From an uncultured Clostridia bacterium (GTDB lineage: Bacteria; Bacillota; Clostridia; Oscillospirales; Ruminococcaceae), in the NCBI GenBank assembly GCA_947628405.1, contig CANQZR010000001.1:956-64955 (forward strand): a stretch of DNA of 64,000 bases, given 5' to 3'. This document shows positions 53,616-61,495 of this stretch, piece by piece. Made by a program: the position numbers and the translations under genes. Each line of letters starts with the position of its first letter. The stretch's first letter is position 1. Below the pieces are notes generated by a model that saw only the letters and a list, made by a program, of their open reading frames with translations, was not told where the DNA came from and ran no database searches.

Positions 53616-54395
53616 ATGGGAAGTAAGTCCCGTATTGCGAAATGTATTGTTCCGATTTTACAAAAGTGTATTGACGATAATGGAATAAATACATATATAG
53701 AACCGTTTTGCGGCGGTTGTAATATTATTGATAAAATCAGGTGTAGTAACAGAATTGCAAATGATGTGAACCCGTATCTTATTGCTTTGTTTCAGCATTT
53801 GCAAACCGGTGGAGAATTACCCACAGAGGTGTCCAGAACACTATATTCCAAAGTCCGTGCAGAGTATAAAAATAACGCATATGAACCGTGGTTTGTTGGC
53901 GCAGTAGGTTTTCTTGCAAGTTATAACGGACGTTGGTTTGACGGCGGTTATGCCCAGCCGGGTTGGGAAAAGAATAAGAATGGAAAACCTGTACGGTATA
54001 GAGACTATTATCAAGAAGCAAAGAAAAATATTGAAAGTCAAACCACTTTACTTAAAGATGTTACATTTCATTGCCAAGACTATAAAAAGTGTAATATACC
54101 AGATAATTCTCTTATTTATTGTGATCCGCCTTATTGCAATACCAAACAATTTGCTAATGCAATGGATTTCGATTACGAAATATTCTGGCAGCAAATACGC
54201 GAATGGAGTATAGAACATTTCGTTGTAACAAGTGAACTCAACGCACCATCGGATTTTGAATGTATATGGGAAAAAGAATGTAGCCGTAGCATAAAGGCTA
54301 ATGACAAAAGTATAGCAGTTGAAAAATTATTCATTTATAACAAAGGCAAATCTTTTAATTATCTGCATAATACAGAGGTGAATACCAGTTCTTGA
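53616..54395 (+). CDS. dam: Dam-type (D12 class) N6-adenine DNA methyltransferase
   Basis: YIEPFCGGCN, NDVNPYLI and IYCDPPY. Confidence 0.8.
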   Translation: MGSKSRIAKCIVPILQKCIDDNGINTYIEPFCGGCNIIDKIRCSNRIANDVNPYLIALFQHLQTGGELPTEVSRTLYSKVRAEYKNNAYEPWFVGAVGFLASYNGRWFDGGYAQPGWEKNKNGKPVRYRDYYQEAKKNIESQTTLLKDVTFHCQDYKKCNIPDNSLIYCDPPYCNTKQFANAMDFDYEIFWQQIREWSIEHFVVTSELNAPSDFECIWEKECSRSIKANDKSIAVEKLFIYNKGKSFNYLHNTEVNTSS

Positions 54396-54432
54396 ATTAA
54401 ATAAGATATATGACATTGACTGTATCAGTGGA

Positions 54433-55185
54433 ATGAAATTGATAGATAATTCATCTATTGATATGATTTTTACAGATTTGCCCTATGGAGTAACGGCTAA
54501 AAATAAGTGGGATAATATCATTCCATATGAACCTTTGTGGGAACAATTTATAAGATTAATCAAACCTAACGGAGTAATATTGCTGTTCGGGCAAGGCAAG
54601 TTTACAGCGAGAACAATTCTTTCAAATGAAAAAATGTTTCGCTATAACATAGTCTGGGAAAAGACAACGCCCACAGGTTTTCTGAACGCTAAGCGTATGC
54701 CTATGCGGATACATGAAGATATAATGGTTTTCTATAAGAATCTGCCTACATACAATCCGCAGAAAACGCAAGGGCATAAACGCAAAGTGAGTAAAGCCGA
54801 ACATAAACAGAATTGCACTGTTACCAAAGATTACGGCGATCACAAATTAACGTCATATGATAGTACGGAACGTTATCCAACAAGTGTCTGGAAATTCCCG
54901 ACTGATAAACAAACCGAAGCAATTCACCCTACACAAAAACCTGTTGACCTTTGCAGATATGCGATACGCACATATAGTAACGTGGGCGATATTATTCTTG
55001 ATTGCTGTTGCGGTTCCGGTTCAATTCCACTTGCCGCAGCATTGGAGAATAGAAATTTTATCGGTATGGATAACGGTATTTGTGAAAAAGAAAATACCGA
55101 ATACTACGGTATTCCATGGGCGCAGATTGCCACCGAAAGAATAAAACGAATTACACAAGGAGGGAGAATAATTCAATGCAGTTAA
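54433..55185 (+). CDS. beta-class N4/N6 DNA methyltransferase (start uncertain)
   Basis: IFTDLPYG, HPTQKPVDL and ILDCCCGSGS. A conserved-looking N-terminus, ELNKIYDIDCISG, is encoded upstream of the first canonical start. Confidence 0.75.
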   Translation: MKLIDNSSIDMIFTDLPYGVTAKNKWDNIIPYEPLWEQFIRLIKPNGVILLFGQGKFTARTILSNEKMFRYNIVWEKTTPTGFLNAKRMPMRIHEDIMVFYKNLPTYNPQKTQGHKRKVSKAEHKQNCTVTKDYGDHKLTSYDSTERYPTSVWKFPTDKQTEAIHPTQKPVDLCRYAIRTYSNVGDIILDCCCGSGSIPLAAALENRNFIGMDNGICEKENTEYYGIPWAQIATERIKRITQGGRIIQCS

Positions 55186-55683
55186 AATATACAGATAAAG
55201 ACCTGTTTACATTTCCACGCACCTATTGCTTATGCCATTGTATTTCAGCAGACTTCGCTTTAGGTGCAGGTATTGCAAAAACGTTTTGATGAAATTTATA
55301 AAATGCGTTTTAAATTATTTAATCGCTACGGTAAAACTTCTGAAACAATGCGTGTCGGTCAGGCACTGCGAGTGGATAATGTATTCAATCTTGTAACTAA
55401 AGAAAGATACTTCCATAAGCCGACTTATGAATACCTTGAAAAATGTCTTATTGATATGAAAAAGCAAATGCAAGACTTGGAAATTACAAAGGTTGCAATG
55501 CCAAAAATAGGCTGTGGACTTGACAAACTTGACTGGAACAAAGTTGAAAGTATCATCAAAAAAGTTTTTGCTGATATGGAAATTGAAATTACAGTCAGCA
55601 CTTATACACCACAAAGAAAGGAGAAACAATGGACGAACACGAATACAGTGCAGACGGAAAAGTCCACGATGCAGAACGGTTAA
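55176..55683 (+). pseudogene. TARG1/OARD1-like macrodomain gene interrupted by a +1 frameshift at an A5 run
   Basis: Frame 1 reads MQLKYTDKDLFTFPRTYCLCHCISADFALGAGIAKTF and stops at 55287-55289. The +1 frame continues (K)RFDEIYKM...HKPTYEYL...MPKIGCGLDKLDW...EITV. The A5 run is at 55277-55281. Confidence 0.7.
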
Positions 55684-56736
55684 GAGAGTTACAAGCCCTG
55701 CCCTTGGAACGTAAAATAGCAATTACGCAAGCAAGAATAATTGAATGGTATCAATATTTCAACGGTAATGTTTACGTTTCATTCAGCGGTGGTAAAGACA
55801 GTACAGTTCTGCTTAATATTGTAAGAAAAATTTATCCCGAAGTCCCTGCCGTATTCAGCAATACCGGACTTGAATATCCGGAGATACAAAATTTTGCTAA
55901 ATCTTTTAATAATGTAGTTGTTATTCGTCCGAAAATGTCATTTGTTGATGTGATCTTAAATTATGGATATCCACTATTCTCCAAAGAAATTTCAGCAGCT
56001 ATTTATTATGCAAGACAAAAAGATAAAAGTAAAAGTTCAAAGTCGAAAAGAAAAGAACTTCTGGGGGGGGCGAATAGAAAAAGATGGTACGAAATCACGA
56101 TATAACAAGAATAAGTGGCTGCTTGCCGCCGAGGAATTACCTTTTAAAATAACTCATTACTGCTGTTATGTTATGAAAAAACTTCCGATTAAGAGTTATG
56201 CGAATAGTTCAAAGCAAGAAAAAATAGTCGGCACAATGGCAGAAGAAAGTGCAATGCGGAAGCAAGGCTGGATAAGAACCGGCTGCAATGCCTTTGACGG
56301 CAAAAACAAAAGCTCACAGCCTATGAGCTTCTGGACAGAACAAGATGTTCTTGAATACATAAAGCGTTATAATCTAAGGATATGTTCGGTTTACGGAGAA
56401 ATACAAGCAGACAAAAACGGCTGTCTATTCTGCACCGGCTGTAAACGCACAGGCTGTATGTTCTGCGCTTTCGGCATCCATCTTGAAAAAGGCGAAACCA
56501 GATTTCAGCAGCTTGCCAGAACTCACCCAAGGCAATACGACTACTGTATCAATGGCGGTCAGTGGATAGATAATCCCGATTATGACCCTGCATTGTCAAA
56601 TAGACCTGATGAATTAGGCTGGGTAGAATGGAATCCAAAGCAGATATGGGTACCGTCAAAACAAGGTCTCGGCATGGGAAACGTTTTTGATATGGTAAAC
56701 GAAATATACGGCAAAGAAATAATGAGATATAAATAA
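55629..56736 (+). pseudogene. PAPS-reductase/DndC-like PP-loop protein (DUF3440-type C-terminus) interrupted by a +1 frameshift at a G8 run
   Basis: The N-terminal part carries SFSGGKDSTVLL and its frame ends at 56105. The +1 frame carries LPFKITHYCC...GTMAEESAMRKQGW...GCNAF...TGCKRTGCMFCAFG. The G8 run is at 56063-56070. Confidence 0.7.
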
Positions 56737-56751
56737 GAAGGGAGCAATCGA

Positions 56752-57360
56752 ATGAGCAAAGACTGGACAGGAAACAACAAATCAATATTTACCCGCAATG
56801 GTGCAAGCAACCATTCCGATGGAGAAAGAGAAACATGGGATTATTACGCAACAGAACCAAAGGCATTGGAACTGCTGCTTGAAAAAGAAACATTTAACGA
56901 ACATATCTGGGAACCTGCTTGTGGTGAACTGCATTTATCGAATGTGCTTGAAAATCATGGATATAATGTACGTAATTCGGATATAATCGACAGGCTTCAG
57001 AACGGCAAGATAGAAACTATTGACTTTCTTAAATATGAGGGTAAATGGGAAGGAGATATAATAACAAATCCGCCTTATAAATATGCGAAGGATTTTGTAG
57101 AAAAGGCTCTGGACGTAGTTACCATGGGACATAAAGTGGCAATGTTTCTGAAACTTACCTTCCTTGAAAGTCAGGCAAGACGTGAATTGTTTGATAAAGC
57201 ACCACCTAAATTATTGTATGTATCAACAAAGCGTTTGCAGTGTGCGAAGAATGGCGATTTCGTTACATATAGCAAAGGTACGGGAACAGCGGTAGCTTAC
57301 GGTTGGTATATTTGGGAGAAAGGTTTTACCGGCAGACCTGAAATTGTATGGTTCAATTAA
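56752..57360 (+). CDS. N6-adenine DNA methyltransferase-like protein (NPPY)
   Basis: WEPACGELH (SAM motif) and DIITNPPYKY. Confidence 0.6.
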   Translation: MSKDWTGNNKSIFTRNGASNHSDGERETWDYYATEPKALELLLEKETFNEHIWEPACGELHLSNVLENHGYNVRNSDIIDRLQNGKIETIDFLKYEGKWEGDIITNPPYKYAKDFVEKALDVVTMGHKVAMFLKLTFLESQARRELFDKAPPKLLYVSTKRLQCAKNGDFVTYSKGTGTAVAYGWYIWEKGFTGRPEIVWFN

Positions 57361-58560
57361 ATGAATGGCAGTAAGGAGGACAAATTGAGCAACGGAATAA
57401 AAGTATTAAGTCTCTTTGACGGCATTTCTTGTGGACGTGTTGCTTTGGAACGTGCAGGAATACCTGTTGAGGAATACCACGCCTTTGAAATTGATAAATA
57501 TGCTGTTCAGGTATCGCAGAAGAATTATCCCGACATTGTACATCACGGAGATGTATTTGACGGAGATTTCACGCAGTTCAGGAGTTACGACTTACTAATT
57601 GGTGGCAGCCCCTGCACGTACTGGTCAATAGCCAAAAACAATCGTGAAACAACACCCGACGGCATAGGCGGTCAGCTGTTTATGCAGTATGTCCGAGCCT
57701 TAAAAGAAAGTGGCTGCAAGTATTTCTTGTATGAGAACAACTACTCAATACATAAGAATATCAAAGATTTTATATCAAATCAGCTTGGCGTACAGCCTAT
57801 TATGATAAATTCCGCTCTTGTTTCCGCACAACAGAGAAAACGCTGCTACTGGACGAATATTCCCAATATTACACAGCCGGAGGATAGGAATATTATGTTG
57901 AAAGATATTCTTGGAAGCGGTGTTTCTTGGCAGGATAAAAGCTACTGTGAAGTCAGCGAAGTATGGTTGCAGAGCCTGTTATTTTGCAAAAAAGGTCACG
58001 GGTTCAACAAAGGAGGCGTAAAAAAGGACAAATCGCCAACGCTTACTGCACAAGGCAGTTGGCAGAATAATAATTCTATTGCAGAACCCGTAGGCGTAGC
58101 CCAACGTGGACGATATATCGAAAGTGGAAACCGTTCACAGAAATGTGACGGCGGTACGGAACAATTTATCGAAGCAAGAAAAGACAGTAAAAGCAATTGT
58201 CTTACAACAGTTCAGAAAGATTCGATGGTAGCCGTTCCGATAGACACATCAAAGCCTGTAAGAATAGGTAGCTTCGGCAAAGGCGGACAAGCCCAGTGTA
58301 TTTATTCAGTACACGGCAAATCGGTCAATATTGTAGGAAACGGCGGTGGCGGCGGTGCAAAAACAGGTCTTTACAAAATAGACTTGCCGGACGGAGATTA
58401 CATAATCAGAAAGATGACACCGATCGAAGCGGAACGCTTACAGACTTTGCCTGACAATTACACAGAGGGAATATCAAATACTCAGCGTTACAAGTGTATC
58501 GGCAACGGCTGGACGGTTGATGTTATCGCACATATTCTGAAAAACATAAAAAGAGCGTGA
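57361..58560 (+). CDS. dcm: DNA cytosine-5 methyltransferase
   Basis: LSLFDGISCG, GGSPCTYWS, FLYENN, QQRKRCYW and IGNGWTVDV. An alternative TTG start lies at 57385. Confidence 0.85.
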   Translation: MNGSKEDKLSNGIKVLSLFDGISCGRVALERAGIPVEEYHAFEIDKYAVQVSQKNYPDIVHHGDVFDGDFTQFRSYDLLIGGSPCTYWSIAKNNRETTPDGIGGQLFMQYVRALKESGCKYFLYENNYSIHKNIKDFISNQLGVQPIMINSALVSAQQRKRCYWTNIPNITQPEDRNIMLKDILGSGVSWQDKSYCEVSEVWLQSLLFCKKGHGFNKGGVKKDKSPTLTAQGSWQNNNSIAEPVGVAQRGRYIESGNRSQKCDGGTEQFIEARKDSKSNCLTTVQKDSMVAVPIDTSKPVRIGSFGKGGQAQCIYSVHGKSVNIVGNGGGGGAKTGLYKIDLPDGDYIIRKMTPIEAERLQTLPDNYTEGISNTQRYKCIGNGWTVDVIAHILKNIKRA

Positions 58561-58562
58561 CA

Positions 58563-59122
58563 ATGACACCATATCATACTTTATCGGCAGCAATAACAAC
58601 AATTTCTCTTGCCATAGTATGTTTCTTGCTTGCTTTCTGCAAACCTCTTGACGAACCGGAAGCAATTACGCCTGAACCGATGAAATTACCGAAATAACAC
58701 CGCCTACATTATACGACAGTTTTACGGAATACGAAAGAAATCTTCTTGAAGTTACAATACAGCATGAAGTCGGCGCATTTTCGGACGAGTATAAAACACT
58801 TATCGCAGAGCTTATTTATAATCGTCTGGTTTCGGATCAGTTCCCGAACACCGTTGAAGCAGTCCTTTTCCAGAATAATCAATTCTGTGGTATTGAATAC
58901 TGGTATTCACCTGATTTTGAAATAGACGAAAGCACAAAAGAAATTGTCAGAAAGGTGTTTTCCAAAAACAATACAAGCCACGAAGCGTTATATTATTACA
59001 ATTCGGAGCTTTCAGACTACAATTCCGTAATGTGGTTTGAGTACAGCGGTGATGTACAGTTCTTATTTGAACACACCGAAACCGATTGGGGAATTGAATA
59101 TACAACACGATTTTTTAAATAG
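58563..59122 (+). pseudogene. membrane-anchored SleB/CwlJ-type cell wall hydrolase split by a frameshift
   Basis: ORF A (58563-58697) reads MTPYHTLSAAITTISLAIVCFLLAFCKPLDEPEAITPEP... The -1 frame (58676-59122) has no start codon but reads ...ERNLLEVTIQHEVGAFSDEYKTLIAELIYNRLVSDQFPNTVEAVLFQNNQF... Confidence 0.6.
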
Positions 59123-59132
59123 GAGGACAAAT

Positions 59133-59402
59133 ATGCTTATTTGCTGTGACTGTGGAAAACTGCTTGAAGAAGATGACGTTTCTGAGTTCAAAGCATTTGA
59201 CAACGCTTGGGGATACGAAAAATTTATAGCATATAAAGGTTGTCCATACTGCGGAAGTGGTTCTCTTGCAGAAACAACACTGATATGTGATTGCTGCGGA
59301 GAGTATATCGAAAGTGATTATGTCAGAACCGAAGATGACAGAACTTATTGCAACAATTGTTATAGCATAAACAACGCTGTGGACGAAGCACAAGGAATAT
59401 AG
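59133..59402 (+). CDS. Cys-rich zinc-ribbon protein (89 aa)
   Basis: RBS AGGAGGA. Cysteine pairs CCDCG, CPYCG, CDCCG and CNNC. Confidence 0.55.
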   Translation: MLICCDCGKLLEEDDVSEFKAFDNAWGYEKFIAYKGCPYCGSGSLAETTLICDCCGEYIESDYVRTEDDRTYCNNCYSINNAVDEAQGI

Positions 59403-59414
59403 CGATATAACGAG

Positions 59415-59663
59415 GTGAAAATATTGGAATATAAAATTGTACTGCCAACAGCAAGAGACGTCAAAGATTTTGTTTTTACAGTCAGCACATTACCTGTCGG
59501 CATACAAATAAAAGTCGGTCACGGAGATTTTGTTGTTGACGGCAGGAGTATATTAGGACTTCTGAGCATACACACAAAAGGCGTCCTGACCGTAAAGATA
59601 ATTTCTGAAAAGCCTATCGGAACAGATATGCACCGTCTTCTATATCCTTGGATAAAGGAGTAG
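59415..59663 (+). CDS. HPr-fold-like small protein (tentative)
   Basis: VDGRSILGLLSIHTKGVLTVKI resembles the HPr core, but the His15 region is not conserved. Start may be GTG 59415 or TTG 59424. Confidence 0.3.
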   Translation: MKILEYKIVLPTARDVKDFVFTVSTLPVGIQIKVGHGDFVVDGRSILGLLSIHTKGVLTVKIISEKPIGTDMHRLLYPWIKE

Positions 59664-59675
59664 GGGAGGTGTAAA

Positions 59676-59918
59676 ATGCGGAATTTCTTTATTACAAAAG
59701 AATGGGAAAATCATCAGTATCAAAAAATGGTTTCCCGTTGCGAAGCTCTCAATGAAGCTAATGCAGAGAATACAGTCGTCAGACAAATGACACCGGAAGA
59801 ACGAGAGCAAGTTGAAAAAGCGATCGAACAAGACCGCCAATATTACAAAGAACGTCCGGAAAATGGACGCAAGGAAAGGCTTAATAGAGCTTTTAAAAAC
59901 AGGAGGAATACATATTAA
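59676..59918 (+). CDS. hypothetical protein (80 aa)
   Basis: RBS GGGGAGGTG. Confidence 0.45.
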   Translation: MRNFFITKEWENHQYQKMVSRCEALNEANAENTVVRQMTPEEREQVEKAIEQDRQYYKERPENGRKERLNRAFKNRRNTY

Positions 59919-60570
59919 AGTAATCAAACCTACATATGAAATACTTTCCGAAATTTCAGACGGAGCATTGAAAGAATTACAGCACATTGAAAAGATAGCC
60001 AGAGTTTGTTATAAGTCTGAGGATAAAATTACTCCCGACGGCGAATCGGCAAAGAAACTTATAGCAAACCTTATAAAGAACGGTCACGAAGCTATGATAG
60101 AACATTCTATGCTGTCGGTAAAATTCATAGTTGACCGTGGGGTCTCGCATGAACTTGTAAGACACAGAATAGCAAGTTTCGCTCAAGAAAGCACAAGGTA
60201 TTGCAACTACAGCAAAGACAAATTTGGTAATGAATTAACATTTATAAAGCCATTATATTTCGCTGAAAATGTTGAAAATGGAAAACTGGACAATTATCTG
60301 TGTTGGTATGCTTTGATGTTGGACATTGAAGAACGTTATTTTAAAATGTTGAAAAACGGCGCAACACCACAGGACGTAAGGGCAATTCTCCCCAATAGTT
60401 TAAAAACCGAAATAGTAATGACGGCAAATTACCGTGAATGGAGAAATTTCTTCAAGCTGCGTACAGCAAAGGCAGCTCACCCACAAATGCGTGAAGTTAC
60501 TATTCCGTTATTGAACGAGTTAAAAACCAAGATACCTATTATCTTTGATAACATTGAGGTGGAAGAATGA
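59863..60570 (+). CDS. thyX: flavin-dependent thymidylate synthase ThyX
   Basis: RHRIASFAQESTRY signature. Start uncertain: the ATG at 59863 has a weak RBS, while AGGAGG at 59901-59906 precedes only ATA/ATT codons. Confidence 0.85.
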   Translation: MDARKGLIELLKTGGIHIKVIKPTYEILSEISDGALKELQHIEKIARVCYKSEDKITPDGESAKKLIANLIKNGHEAMIEHSMLSVKFIVDRGVSHELVRHRIASFAQESTRYCNYSKDKFGNELTFIKPLYFAENVENGKLDNYLCWYALMLDIEERYFKMLKNGATPQDVRAILPNSLKTEIVMTANYREWRNFFKLRTAKAAHPQMREVTIPLLNELKTKIPIIFDNIEVEE

Positions 60571-61148
60571 ATACGATATTTCTTATAATTGCCCCGTCGG
60601 GAGCAGGGAAAACAACACTTGCCGGACAGCTTGAAAAAATGTACGGGTTACAGTCCATACAGTCCTATACAACACGTCCTCCGAGATATGACGGCGAAAC
60701 AGGACACATCTTCATTTCAGATAAAGATTTTGACGAACTTAAAGATATGGTAGCATATACAGAGTTCTGCGGTCACAGATACTGCGCCACAACTGAACAA
60801 GTTGAAAACAACGACTTGTATGTTATTGATCCGAAAGGCGTTGAGTATTTCAGACAAGCATACCACGGAGACAAACAGATGAAAACCATTTACATCAGAT
60901 CGGACGCTTCCACCAGAGAAAAGAGAATGACGCTCCGAGCAGAACAAGGCGGCAAACCGCATAACGAAGCCTTTGACGAGTCTCTTGCCCGTATCAAGAA
61001 TGATTTCTTTGAGTTTCGTGAATACGAAACGGGTAATATAGTTCCCGACTTTACCGTGACAAATAACGAGGGTGATGATATAGCCCATGTTGCGGAAAAG
61101 ATCTTTACATACATCAGGTCTGTGATCGAGGGAGGTGAAAGCAAATGA
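60567..61148 (+). CDS. guanylate-kinase-like nucleoside monophosphate kinase
   Basis: IIAPSGAGKTTL and SYTTRPPRYDGETGHIF. Confidence 0.65.
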   Translation: MNTIFLIIAPSGAGKTTLAGQLEKMYGLQSIQSYTTRPPRYDGETGHIFISDKDFDELKDMVAYTEFCGHRYCATTEQVENNDLYVIDPKGVEYFRQAYHGDKQMKTIYIRSDASTREKRMTLRAEQGGKPHNEAFDESLARIKNDFFEFREYETGNIVPDFTVTNNEGDDIAHVAEKIFTYIRSVIEGGESK

Positions 61149-61495
61149 TTTATGGAATTGTTTTCTATTCCGTATTTTTCGTCTTGTCGGCAATACTTCT
61201 TATACTTGCGATAAAAACTTCAAAAGACAATTCCAAAAAAGACGGGATAGATATGGTCGTTATGCTGATATTCAACGAATTTATCCGCGAATTGTCAGAT
61301 GTAATGCCTGAACAGCATATAATTACCCATCTTGCCAACGCCGCAAAAAGGCAAGCAAACCGAGGGATCATCAGGATCGACACAAAAACGGAACAGCAGA
61401 ACAAAGACACTTGTCAGCTTTTTGCGGAAATGCTGTATAAGGATATAATCAGGTCAGGAAGTGAGGAAACAAATGCAGGAAATACAAGTAATTAA
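61145..61495 (+). CDS. small membrane protein
   Basis: N-terminal TM segment IYGIVFYSVFFVLSAILLILAI. Confidence 0.45.
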   Translation: MIYGIVFYSVFFVLSAILLILAIKTSKDNSKKDGIDMVVMLIFNEFIRELSDVMPEQHIITHLANAAKRQANRGIIRIDTKTEQQNKDTCQLFAEMLYKDIIRSGSEETNAGNTSN

